Source: Octopus bimaculoides
Taxonomy: Eukaryota
Assembly: GCF_001194135.2 (NCBI RefSeq)
Contig: NC_068994.1
Span: 56,657,691-56,714,540 of the forward strand
DNA: 56,850 nt
Direction of reading: 5' to 3'
Positions 25,458 to 38,800 of this stretch are shown here, piece by piece. Within the stretch, counting starts at the first letter, position 1. Each line of letters starts with the position of its first letter. The position numbers were made by a program, and so were the translations under genes. The notes beneath the pieces are model-generated. The model searched no databases and was not told the DNA's origin. It saw only the letters and a list, made by a program, of their open reading frames with translations.

Positions 25458-25811
25458 TCACACACGCACTTAGGCACATACGTAAGCATACAGATATACA
25501 CGGGTGCAGAATTAAGTGAATATATATATACATATATATATGTACATGCGTGCACGAATACATCCATACATACATACATACATAGACACATCTTCTCACA
25601 CAATATGCACACGCATGCAAGACGCGAACATACTCAAAAAGATGCATACAGACAAGCATCTGGACTGTTAGGTACACATAGACATGCATAATCATGCGTG
25701 TACACACACACATAACAATCAGACATTGTAAGCACGTGCATATATAAAGAGATGTAAATGCAAAGAGCTACCTTAGAAATACGTAAATAACGCATACACA
25801 TGTTGTCACAT

Positions 25812-25859
<48 letters not shown>

Positions 25860-26149
25860 GTAGAAGAAACGACGCGCGCGCACACAAACACACAAACACA
25901 CACACACACACACACACACACATTCTCAGACAGGTATAAGGTCAGCGAAATTATTGCAGACCTTGTCACACGCCTAAAGGTATACATAGGAGGTTTAATG
26001 TATAAGTACCCGAATGAATTGTTGCCATAGTAACGAAGTTAAAACAGGCAGAGTAAAGCCGCCTGGCTCAGCTTGACCTTGATCTCTGTTGTGCATGTGC
26101 ACTAAATTTTAATATTCTAGCTCGCTTCCGCTAAGTTCTAACGTTTTAA

Positions 26150-26460
26150 CTCATTTCCAAGCACTGCTTGGAAGGAAGATGTGTAGCGTGTGATTGTCCC
26201 ATTGACTATGATAGAGAAAGCTGTCACGGTGATACCTGCTGAGAAGCCTACGCAAAGTTGCAGAAAGTGTATGAACCACACACAAGTGTACGAGTAGTTC
26301 ACACGTTTCCAAGATGGCTGAAAAAATGACAATATTGACGAACGTTCTGGAAGGCCCGCTACCAGCATAACTGAGATAAACATCGCAGATGTGAGTGCAG
26401 CTCAGAGGGGAAATCGCTGAATCACCATCTATGAGTTATCAACAAATGTGCAAATTAATC
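26150..26460 (+). mobile_element. Mariner transposase relic (N-terminal)
   Basis: EAYAKLQKVYE...TQVYE*FTRFQDG*KNDNIDERSGRPATS is the typical mariner W..RF..G....D..RSGRP region. Confidence 0.8.
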
Positions 26461-27382
26461 CTACACCTTTTTTGCCTTTGCGTTTTCAGTGCTTTTGTCA
26501 TACTGCTGTAGTTTTTATGTTACCAAAATTAATGTTTCAATTTTATATTTTCTCTTTCATATTTTCAACCTTAGGTTTTAAACCCCGCGTTTTCACAACC
26601 GTACATGTTTCAGACTCCATTTTCTACCCAAAGATCTTAACTTCATGCTTCCACTCTTACGTTTTCAACCTCACTTGTTTTCATCCTTCATTTTGCAAGC
26701 ATACATTTGCACAATCTTACCGCTTTAACACTTCATATTCTGCCACACATTCCAATCAACCCTACATCTTTAGCTTTGCGTTGTCAATATTATGTTTTCA
26801 CCATTAAACATTCGATCTTACGTACTTTCTCTGCAGCTTCAAGACTTCATTCGCCTGACCTTCATCCCTTCTTACGTACTTAGACATAGCAACATTAATG
26901 GGCCATTATCTTGATGGACATCTACTGTACGACCTCAATATTTTTGGTCAGGAACCTCTCCACGTCATTCAGGTTTTAGTCTGCGACAGATTTATTCTGT
27001 CGTTGGCAAAATGTACTTTCGGTGTGCATATACACGCAAACAAGCTTACATGCATATATATCTCAGGGAACAAAACCCACAGTCGTACAAACACTACACA
27101 CCTCATACGTACATACATGATGCAGTTCTAATGCACACGCACACATGTATACGTATAGATGCTACACTGCTTAAACTTCCATACAGTGTATACACACGGG
27201 AATACGTACCAGAACAGATGCATGCAGGCACGCAATAACATGCACATTCCATACAAATGTCAATGAATATAAAGGCTTATTCATACACGCATTCACATTT
27301 GTCTATATATGTGGGTTTATGTGTGTATATGTACGTACTTCTTATCACACTCTGATCACGCACACACACACATGTGTATACA

Positions 27383-27730
27383 TGGTTCCGGGTTCAGTCC
27401 CACTGCGTGGCACCTTGGGCAAGTGTCTTCTACTATAGCCTTGGGCCGACCAAAGCCTTGTGAGTGGATTTGGTACACGGAAACTGAAAGAAGCCAGTCA
27501 TGTATATATATATGTGTGTGTGTGTGTGTGTATGTGTGTGTATACGTTTGTGTGTCTGTGTTTGTCCCCACCCCCAGCATCGCTTGACAACCGATGGTGG
27601 TGTGTTTACATCCCCGTAACTTAGCGGTTCGGCAAAAAAGACCGATAGAATAAGTACTAGGCTTCCCAAGAATAAGAATAAGTCCTGGTGCTCCAGCACG
27701 GTCGCAGTCAAATGACTAAAACAAATAAAA
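27383..27730 (+). mobile_element. SINE family B, near-complete body with internal (TA)/(TG) microsatellite
   Basis: B-box-like gggttcagtcc, CORE-like caccttgggcaagtgtc, internal (TG)n, and 3' gtgctccagcacggtcgcagtcaaatgactaaaacaaataaaa. It resembles published octopus CORE-type SINEs from recall only. Confidence 0.9.
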
Positions 27731-27924
27731 TATATATATATATACACGTATATATATACATATGTATATATACACACATATATATATATATATATATAAA
27801 TATGTGTATATATATATATAAACATGTATATATATATATATTTTTTTATTTATTTATGTGTTTCAGCCAAGTGGCTGCGGTCATGCTGGTGCACCATATA
27901 TATATATGTATATATGTATATATA

Positions 27925-27960
<36 letters not shown>

Positions 27961-28552
27961 TGTATGTATGTATGTATGTATACATCCATCGAATCCATCC
28001 AATCAGTCATACATCTTAACATAGCGCCAGGTAATGTATCACTGTATTTACTTGCAACTCCCATTGTCTCTTTCTCGATTTCCACTTCCCTCCTCCCCTT
28101 TGCTCTCCCTCTCTTTCTATTTATCCTTCTACCCTCTCTCTCTCTCTCTCTCCCTCTCTCTCTCTCTTCAATTGTCACCGCTTTTCTTCTCCACCCCCTC
28201 CACCTCCACCTCCTCCTCATCGCTCTCTTTTTCTCCTTCACTTTCTCCTATCTGAACATTTAACTAAATTATATCTTAGCATCTCTCCCATTTGTCAATG
28301 GCGTATTATTTCATAAAAGCTTGCTAGCAGTAGTAGTAGCAGTAGTAATAATAGTAGTAGTAGTAACAGCAGCAGTACTAGTGGTAGTAGTAACAACAGC
28401 CGCAGCAGCAGCAGTAGTAGTGGTAGTAGTTAAAATTGTTGGCGATGCTGGAGATGGTATTGTGGTGATGATGATGATGATGACGATGATTGTTGTTGTA
28501 ATAGTGGTTGTAGCTTAGGTGGTAGAATTGTTTGTTGCCGCTCTTCTTCTTT

Positions 28553-28629
<77 letters not shown>

Positions 28630-28827
28630 TGTGGTTGTGGTGCTGGTAGTTACGTGCACAGGTGTGTTCTTGCTAACCTCTGCATATCTATAGAGACACA
28701 CACACACACACACACACATACACACACACACACACACACGCAAACAGACTGACACTTGTGCACACGCACCCTCCTACACACACATATACACACGCACATG
28801 TTCACACAGGCACGTCCCTTGTCTCAT

Positions 28828-28873
<46 letters not shown>

Positions 28874-29699
28874 TCGTGCACGCATTTGTCACGCACACAT
28901 ATAAACACTGTTGCATGCATACACATTCTAACACACACGCACACACACACACGAAGAATGAGCCACATATATGCACAACTATATACACGTAAAACTAGTC
29001 CAATGACACCCGAATGTATACATACATACATACATACATACTTATATGCATGAGTACCATACATACACACACCCATGCATACATATACACGCGCGTATAC
29101 ACATATATACATATACATATACACACACACATTTATATGTACACACATTTATAAATACATCTATACATATAAATAAATGTACATGCTAAACTGTATACAA
29201 ATATACATACATGCCTATATACATACATGCCTATATACATACATGTATGCGTGTATATGCGTGTATAGATATATATGTTCATATATAAACATATACATAT
29301 TTAAATGCATACGCCTATACATGCACGTATATACATACACACGCACACACACGTTGACACACACACATTAATGCACAAACGCAGAACAACCCTAAATGCT
29401 GAACACATCCATACATAACACTGTGCACACACACACACACACATACACACAGATATACACGAACTCAATGATGCACATGAAGACACACAAATGCACGCAG
29501 ACTCATACACACTGTTGCATATAAACACACACACAGACACACGACAACGTTCCACACATGTACATATACAGTCAGTTAATTACACTTTTTTACACATACA
29601 CATACTACTGACACACACGCGCACACACACACAGGGACACACGCGCGCACTCAACACACCATTTCATTGTTTCACTTTCACTTGTCGCTACGCGCACAT

Positions 29700-30193
29700 T
29701 GTCACATATATGTGTGACACAAAGTGTCTCCTACACCTCTAATGTACACATGCACACTGTGTCACACATACACCTACACATATACACATATACACTGTGA
29801 TACACACACACACACACATTCAGTGTCACAATTGTACACACAATAGTTTCACAAATATAAGCACACTCACACACACACACACATTCACATCGTTAATACA
29901 TACAAACACATTCATATATTTTTGCGTAAATATGTATACACAATCCCTCGCGAGCGCACACACATACAGACACACATTTCTACATCTTTATACAACACAC
30001 ACACACACATTGTTACATAGCTTGACACATACCTACACAGACACACTGCTACACAAATACATTCTCATACTGTTGCACACACCCCACCACCCTCTACCAC
30101 ACACAATCTCTTTTTTCTTTCTTTCCTTCTTTTTCTTTTCTTTATTTGTTTGTTTCTTTCTTTCTTTCTGTCTTACTTTCTCTCTCTCTCTCT

Positions 30194-30243
<50 letters not shown>

Positions 30244-31490
30244 ACACAAACATACGCACACACTTTGTTACACAAATACACACATCTACACACCTGCACA
30301 CATATCGTATTACATAGTGTTACAAATACAGACACTGTTACACACGCAAACACACACTCTCTTTCCCTCTCACACACCCTTACACATACACACACACACA
30401 GTTACACACACACTCTCTCTCTCACACATCCTTTCACACAGACATACACACACACACACACACACTCTTTCCCTCTTTCTCTGATACACACAAACGCACA
30501 AACATACACTGTTACACAACCTACACACACACTCACACACACACACACTCACACACACATGCACACACAAACAAACACACACACGTGTACCCTTTCTCTC
30601 TCTCTTTACCTCTCAAACACACACATCTTCACCCCTACCCACATACGGAGATTGTTACACACACACACACACAGATACTGTTACACGTAGACACACTGTC
30701 TCAAACACACACATGTACACACACACACACGCTGTAACACACACACACGCTGTAACACACACACACATACAAACACATACACCCCTCTCTTTCTCTTTTC
30801 CTCTCAGACACACACATCTTCAACCCTATCCACACACACTGACTGTTACACACACACACACACATACTGTTACACGTAGACACACTGTCTCAAACACACA
30901 CATACAAGCGCAAACACACACACACACATACACACGGCAACCCCCACCCTCCACCCGCGACACAGGTTTCTCACTTGCCTCATTGCTCTACCATGTCAAC
31001 ATTTCTGATAACATCCACCTGTCAATCAAACGTTACTTGGCTCTTATTTCATATCTTCTCACTCCCACCTGCTATATACCTCACTCCTAATCACCTCTCT
31101 CTTTCTCTCTCTATCTCTATCTATCTATCTATCTATCTATGTGTCTGTCTGTCTCTCTCTCTAACTCTCTCTCTCTCTGTCTGCCTGTCGGTCTATCTAT
31201 CTATCTTTCTCTCTATCTATCTGTATGTCTATCCATCTATCTCATTTTCTCTCTCTCTCTCTCACACACTCTCTCTCTCTCACACACACTCTCTCTCTAT
31301 CTCTCTATCTATCTCACTTTCTCTCTTTTTCTCCCTATCTATCTATCTATCTATCTATATCCCTCTACGTCACTCTCTGTCTGACACTCCACTCTTTCTC
31401 ATTCTTTCCATCTTTCGCTAATTACTCTCTATCTCTCTTTCTCACTCTAACTCTTACCCTCACCCTGTCACTCTAACTCTCAACTTCTCT

Positions 31491-31553
<63 letters not shown>

Positions 31554-31560
31554 GGCCTCA
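29700..31560. repeat. Cryptic CA-rich then CT-rich simple-sequence field with internal ~190-bp diverged duplication (30615-30720 vs 30808-30905)
   Basis: atcttca(c/a)ccta(c/t)ccaca...tactgttacacgtagacacactgtctcaaacacaca occurs twice. Confidence 0.85.
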
Positions 31561-32044
31561 ATGGGCGGAGTTTTCGACCAAACAACAGACTAAGCCAGAT
31601 TGCTTGTTCTAGATGTGTGTGTGTGTGTGTGTGTATGCATATGTATGTATGTATGTATGTTTGTATGAATGTGTGTATCCACGCGTGTCTGTACGATATG
31701 TATGCGTGTATGTGCACATATATATGTCTATATGTATAAACGTCTGTGTGTGTGTGTGTGTGTGCGTTTGCCTGTGTTGCGTACAGGTAAGCACATGTGT
31801 ATGTGTGTGCGTGTGCATGTACGTGCATTGACATAGTGAGATCGCGTGTCTTGTAAACACTTGTGTATGTATGTATATAGATATGCGACTACATAGGCAC
31901 GTGTGTGTATATATACATGCGTATACCTAAGCATGCACATTTACACATGCACGCAGACATGTGCATGCAGACACACACACACATAACATTCTTTTATATA
32001 TATGTACATATATATACACACACATATATGCACATGCATATTCC

Positions 32045-32296
32045 TTTATTCTTTTATTTCTTTCAGTCATTTGACTGCGGCCATGCTGGAGCACCACCTT
32101 TTAGTCGAACAAATTGACCCCCCCCCCAGTACTTTTTGTAAGCCTAGTACTTATTCTATCGGTCTTTTCTGCCGAACTGCAAACTTACGGGGATGTAAAC
32201 ACACCAACATCGGTTGTCAAGCGATGGTGGGAGGACAAACACAAACACATAAATACATACACACACTCACACACACACACACACACACATATATAT
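32045..32296 (-). mobile_element. SINE family B 3' half, running into N gap
   Basis: ttctttcagtcatttgactgcggccatgctggagcaccacc...catcggttgtcaagcgatgg matches the other family-B copies. Confidence 0.9.
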
Positions 32297-32637
32297 NNNN
32301 NNNNNNNNNNNNNNNNNNNNNNNNNNNNNNNNNNNNNNNNNNNNNNNNNNNNNNNNNNNNNNNNNNNNNNNNNNNNNNNNNNNNNNNNNNNNNNNNNNNN
32401 NNNNNNNNNNNNNNNNNNNNNNNNNNNNNNNNNNNNNNNNNNNNNNNNNNNNNNNNNNNNNNNNNNNNNNNNNNNNNNNNNNNNNNNNNNNNNNNNNNNN
32501 NNNNNNNNNNNNNNNNNNNNNNNNNNNNNATATATACATACATACATATATATACATACATACATATATGTACATACATACATACATATATATATACATA
32601 CATACATACATATATATATACATACATACATACATAT

Positions 32638-32668
<31 letters not shown>

Positions 32669-33014
32669 CATACATATATATTATATGTACATATATAAAC
32701 GCACTCATTCCTATACACACACACACACACACACACACCCACATAGAAATCTGTATGTGTGCGAGTGCACGTTCGTATTGGATGTGCATGCGTGAGTGCG
32801 TGTGCGTGTGTGCGCGCGTCTGTCTGTGACTGTAGGTGCGTGTGTTTGTTAGTAAGATGAACGTCTCGCAATATAACACTGTGCGTGTCCGTTGAAGCTG
32901 GAGTAACGCATGCGCGCATTCGTGCATTCGCAGTGTGTGTGTCTGTGTCCGTGTGTATATACGTTTTGTATGTATGCATGTATACAATGTTTGTATGTGG
33001 GTCAAAGCTGTTTT

Positions 33015-33055
<41 letters not shown>

Positions 33056-33232
33056 AACATTGAGTCCTCTCCAATGTATGTATGTATATAGGTTGGTTGG
33101 TGGGTAGGTATGAATGTATGCGTCAATATAAATGTGTACATGAATTTAAATTGAAGTATATATGTTTATATATGCCTACATACGCATGTGTGCGGACATA
33201 CATGAAGTATACATATATACATACATACATAC

Positions 33233-33263
<31 letters not shown>

Positions 33264-33360
33264 TGTATGTATATATATGTATATATATATGTATATATAT
33301 ACACATATATATATATATATACATAAAATGTATGTGTATATGTATATATGTATGCATACA

Positions 33361-33409
<49 letters not shown>

Positions 33410-33429
33410 GTGAGTGTATGTGTGTGTTT

Positions 33430-33562
33430 TCCTACTCGTTTTGAGTTGGGTAGGCCAGAAGAACGTGATAGGAAGTGCCTTGCTCGAGCACATACTGCGC
33501 CTCCTTGTCTGGGAATCGAACCAGTGACTTTACAATTAACACCCAAATCACTAGGCCACCAT
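33430..33562 (-). mobile_element. Degenerate tRNA-headed CORE-like SINE
   Basis: aagtgccttgctcgagcaca...gggaatcgaacc...cactaggccac gives A-box/B-box and core motifs on the minus strand. Confidence 0.55.
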
Positions 33563-33676
33563 ACATGCACGTGTGTATATATGAGTGAAGCATGAGTTAG
33601 AATGAAGAATAGTTCTCTCATAGCTAATACGTTTAAAAGAAATGCTCTTCATGCTAACACATGCATATATATATAC

Positions 33677-33708
<32 letters not shown>

Positions 33709-34319
33709 GAATGTGTTCATGTGTGCATGTTATTTATACGCATAAATGTATGTATTTTTGATGCAAAGTGAAGAGCACGTGGTATATGAATTAGAATGTA
33801 CATTTAAAATCGAATAACCTGTGCATCTCCTCACCAAGTGCTCAGATCACGTGATCAATTTCCTATTTCTTCTCCAACTCTAACACAGATGAATTAACCA
33901 CTCGAAAACCGAATTGAGGAGAATTAACTAGTATATACTTGATGCTATCAAGCTCAAGATTAGAAGCACCACGTGATTAAAGCCATAGTTTTAGAATACT
34001 GCCGTTATCATATGCTTCATTTAAAATAAGGAAATTTGCAGATTTCTCTCAAATCGACATTTTCCATATTTTTCATTATTGTTATTCAAATGGATTCTTT
34101 TGAGAAACCTAGAATCTTCTTCATAATTAGGAAGTCACGCTTATACCACGACGGTTCCTACTAAGTCAAAAAGTAGGGCGATTTTTATTCGACGTTTCCA
34201 TGAAGAGTCGTGTTGGTGCTGAAACAGCAGATCGGATACAATGATCTTTGAAACTCTCTGAATGCAGGCTATTCGACAGAGCTTTGTACTGAGCAGGAAT
34301 GGTGGGTTAGCATTCCCTT

Positions 34320-34705
34320 GTTGTTGGCACTCCGTCGCTTACGACGTCGAGGGTTCCAGTTGATCCGATAAACGGAACAGCCTGCTTGTGAAATTAACGT
34401 GCAAGTGGCTGAGCACTCCACAGACACGTGTACCCTTAACGTAGTTCTCGGGGATATTCAGCGTGACACAGTGTGACAAGGCTGGCTCCTTTGAAATACA
34501 GGTACAACAGAAACAGGAAGTAAGAGTGAGAGAAAGTTGTGGTGGAAGAGTACAGCAGGGTTCACCACCATCCCCTGCCGGAGCCTCGTGGAGCTTTTAG
34601 GTGTTTTCGCTCAATAAACACTCACAACGCCCGATCTGGGAAACGAAACCGCGATCCTATGACCGCGAGTCCACTGCCCTAATCATTGGGCCATTGCGCC
34701 TCCAC
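34320..34705 (-). mobile_element. Full-length SINE family A with target-site duplication
   Basis: Minus strand 5' ggaggcgcaatggcccaatgattagggc (A box)...ggtttcgtttcc (B box)...gtgccaacaacaa tail. TSD is tagcattccctt (34308-34319) and tagcattccttt (34706-34717). Confidence 0.92.
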
Positions 34706-36162
34706 TAGCATTCCTTTACAACATGAATCACAACACATTGGATATAGTTGGTAATGAGGCTCTTATTATCTCAGCATTAATTTAACTATGAGCATTAAAT
34801 TAACAATAGGTAATTCCTAAGCATATCATTAAAGTTAGAATTTGGTTTCGAATCTCATTGGAACATTCATACGAGCTCATTCTACTAAGATCTCATTCTA
34901 CCCATAAAGCTTTGATTATTCATAGATATATATTATGATGCCGTTAGATCGACTAATCTGATTTGCATATCAGTGCTTTCGTTGCAACGTAGTAAAAAAA
35001 AAAGAATATTAATTAATGATGTATTAAACGCCTGCTACGGAAAGGAGCTAAACCCTGATACCTATACATATATATATATGTGTGTGTGTGTGTGTGTAAG
35101 CATGTATGTATATTAATGTATATAATAGTTGATTACATAACAGAGAGCTGTCACACAAATCAACTCGAAACTGACAAAAGATAAAAATTGTCGTCGCAAA
35201 AATATCGAGAAACGATAATTGTTTCAGGGTGTTCAGTAAAGTAATGAAAAATAGCTTCCGGTTTCCCTGCTGTCAGACTATAAGTTGCGACACTAAAACA
35301 CATAGTGTGATGTGTGATGTGTGTGTGTGTGTGCTACTAATGCGTCTTCCAGCGGCTGGAATCGAGATTAGTCTTATAACGCAGCACCAGCAACTGCTGT
35401 CCCTCATTACTCAAATATATATTAATTACTGGTAAGGACACCGTACTTTGTTATGCAACCACAATATACTACCAAGTTTATTAACGACTAATAAACCAAT
35501 ACAGTGATTCACCTGTGTTAATAGTGCCATTAAATAACTTTTTAAAGCTATCCCTAGCTTCTGAAATATGCATATATACGCCCATGCGTTTATTATGTAA
35601 AAATTGGTATATCTAACAATGTTAAACCGCTGTATTTGGTGGTTAATTGAGCAATGTGTCCGTGCATGGTTAATGGATTGGTTGTGGCGCTGAAGAAGGT
35701 GCAACAACTCCTGAAATGTGCATATACACCATTTACGTACTTTTCTATGTTCGGTCGCATTTCTTTTTACATTAGTCAAATTCGTATACGAAACGCCGTA
35801 AAAAGTCGGTGCTGCTCTAATTTCTTAAGCAAATCTGTAGACATACCGTATATATATANNNNNNNNNNNNNNNNNNNNNNNNNNNNNNNNNNNNNNNNNN
35901 NNNNNNNNNNNNNNNNNNNNNNNNNNNNNNNNNNNNNNNNNNNNNNNNNNNNNNNNNNNNNNNNNNNNNNNNNNNNNNNNNNNNNNNNNNNNNNNNNNNN
36001 NNNNNNNNNNNNNNNNNNNNNNNNNNNNNNNNNNNNNNNNNNNNNNNNNNNNNNNNNNNNNNNNNNNNNNNNNNNNNNNNNNNNNNNNNNNNNNNNNNNN
36101 NNNNNNNNNNNNNNNNNTATATATGTGTGTGTGTGTAGATGATAGATAGCTAGCTAGCTAGC

Positions 36163-36209
<47 letters not shown>

Positions 36210-36324
36210 ATAGATAGATGTATCTTCTTGCCCCGTTAAAGTATTTGAGAAAAATTATATTAACGGGTCTGACTGGTTAAAATTCTATTTATTTGCGCAG
36301 CTGAAGATTATTTATTGAAAGCCT

Positions 36325-36600
36325 GGTTCTTATTCTATCGTTCTCTTTTGCTGAACCGCTAGTTTACGGGCACAAAAATACACCGGTACCACATGTCAAG
36401 CGGTGGTAGGGGAAAACACTGACACAAAGACACACACATACATGCATACATACACACATACATATACACACATGCAGTGATTCTTTGAGTTTCCGCCTAC
36501 CAAATCCACTCGCAAGGCATCGGTCGGCATAAGGCTATAGTAGATGACACACAAGGTGCCACGCAACGGGACTGAACCCGGAACCATGTGGTTGGGAAAT
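36325..36600 (-). mobile_element. SINE family B, degenerate near-complete copy
   Basis: ttattctatcgttctcttttgctgaaccgct...caaggtgccacgcaacgggactgaacccggaaccatgtggttggg. Confidence 0.85.
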
Positions 36601-36635
36601 GCTTATACGAATACATATTCGTATTTATGTATGTA

Positions 36636-36707
<72 letters not shown>

Positions 36708-37221
36708 TGTATGTGAGTGTGTGTAAATATATATATGTATATTGATATGTGTATATATACATATATATAGATATATATATATATATATATATAATTATGT
36801 ATGTATATATATGTGTATGTATGTATGTAAGTTATTTGGAATTTTTGCCTATGCTGACTGCAAGAATAGAAAATATGTCTTTGCGTATTTGAATCACACA
36901 GTTTTCTGTAATGGAAAATTACTCGTTTGTAGCTGACAACGCTTACACATGCTACAATATTGTCTGTGACTATGTATAGATACACACATACATATATGCA
37001 GAATACATACACACAAACACACACACACATATATAATAGACACGCGTGTTTACGGAGGTGTAAGTGAGAGGTGAGAGTGAGTGTTTGGGGGTCGGCTAGG
37101 AAGTGAGGTGTTGTGTTGTTAATAGCAGCCATTTTCTCATGTTAAAACTCAGCTCACCACCTGACAATGATGGCTGACGATAGCTGTCGCTGCAGCTTCC
37201 CATAGCATGCATAGGTAACAC

Positions 37222-37419
37222 TGACTACTACTACTACCTACACCACAACTACCACCAACACCACCACTAACACCAACTTCACCACCACCAACAACAACGC
37301 TACTACCACCACCACAACCAACAACAACACTACTACCACCACTAACAACAACACCACCACCACTACCACCACTACTACTACCAGTACCACCACCGCTACT
37401 GCTTCTACTACTACTGCTT

Positions 37420-37493
<74 letters not shown>

Positions 37494-37533
37494 TCTTCTA
37501 CTACTACTACTGCTTCTACTACTACTACTGCTT

Positions 37534-37566
<33 letters not shown>

Positions 37567-37590
37567 ATGCTGCGGCTGCTTCTGCTGCTT

Positions 37591-37654
<64 letters not shown>

Positions 37655-37655
37655 A
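37222..37655. repeat. In-phase (ACC/AAC/ACT/GCT)n trinucleotide mosaic
   Basis: Direct reading. See the finding on the 178-codon open frame. Confidence 0.95.
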
Positions 37656-37894
37656 ACGTACCTAAATGTTCAGTGGTGGATAGTCTTGTTCCTCTCGATC
37701 CTTCTGTTCAGCCAGGTCATCAAAGGAGAGCAATATCAGATGAGTGGCTAAGCGGACAAGGTAGGACAGTAGGCTGAACTAAACCAGCAGCGGGATAACG
37801 GGGTTCAGGTAATCACATCGCCAATGTGCCGTGTCATTCACCAGAGCACTCAATGCTTCAGATAATCAAAATATTCAGGAAATGGAAGTTAAAT

Positions 37895-38241
37895 TACCAG
37901 AAAATTTCACTTTCAAAGGACCACGGAATCTGGCCTTGAACTGACCTGGGTTCACACCTTGAAAACGACCAGGACACTTGACTCTCAAATGGCAATAATG
38001 CTTAACTCTTAAATGACCAGTGTTCTTCAATCAGAATTGCTCAGAATACTTTACTCTCGAACGATTTGGCCACGTAGCTCTTAAGTGTCCAGAACATTTT
38101 ACTCTCAAACGATGAGAGCACATAGTTGTTGAATGACCTCTAAGAAAATCAGGGCACATAGCTTTCAAATGACCAGGGCACTTACTCCTAAATGGCCCAG
38201 GTACTTAGCTGTCAAAAGATCAGGGCACACTGCTATCAGTT
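37895..38241. repeat. Degenerate 24-bp tandem array with 48-bp alternation
   Basis: Units start at 37895, 37919, 37943, 37967, 37991, 38015, 38039, 38063, 38087, 38111, 38135 (12-bp half unit), 38147, 38171 (23 bp), 38194 and 38218. Consensus is ~GACCAGGGCACTTAGCTCTCAAAT. Confidence 0.85.
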
Positions 38242-38344
38242 ATCCATTATCCCTTTCTGGCCCACAGTAGAAGTTCCACTCAATACTGAAACCTAACTGG
38301 TTCTTTACAGCTTTTTACACTGATTTGCAGTTCTTTAAGTTACA

Positions 38345-38800
38345 TTTTATTCAGTCTTTGTACCCTTCTCATGATTTGTACTGAGGACGCTTTTCAGGGC
38401 ACAGTTCACCGTGGAACAGCTGTTTTAGAATCCTATTATCTTCCATGCAAACAACTATGGCCTGCTCAACATATCTGAGTAGATACGATGAGTCACTGGC
38501 TGCTTATGCATTCTGCTTTTGCAAGGACTTCTATGTTGGGTGTTTTACTTTGCCGCTTGATGTTGAAAGTGCTCAAGCAGCTGGAGCTACCTAAGGTGCA
38601 CTGTTTATGATTCAGAAGAGCACAAGAGAGCGGTTAGAACGCAAGCCTTGTAAACTCTCAGCTTGGTCTTGTGGACGATGCCACGATTTGCGCAGAATCT
38701 CTTTTCAAGCTTCCCAAATGCTTACAGATGCTGTCTGTATGAGTAGATGTATTTCTGCCTGTAGGCAATCATCTCTCGACAACATGCTGCCCAGGTACAC
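38345..38800 (-). mobile_element. RTE-BovB-like LINE relic, RT C-terminal region
   Basis: Minus strand reads YLGSMLSRDDCLQAEIHL...VVCMEDNRILKQLFHGELCPEKRPQYK. Confidence 0.85.

Noticed and set aside
25131-25753. Exact 279-bp direct duplication (25131-25409 = 25475-25753)
   Set aside because: The copies are identical and the first is sandwiched between two N gaps, which is typical of an unmerged contig overlap.
33568-33975. Four CACGTG E-boxes in about 400 bp, including the palindrome gatcacgtgatc
   Set aside because: CACGTG arises readily in CA/TG-rich DNA and occurs throughout this window, so enrichment cannot be shown by eye.
34625-34705. tRNA-like sequences here and at 11020-11090, 39328-39400 and 39865-39944
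   Set aside because: These are A-box/B-box heads continuous with SINE bodies, and I cannot fold a complete cloverleaf.
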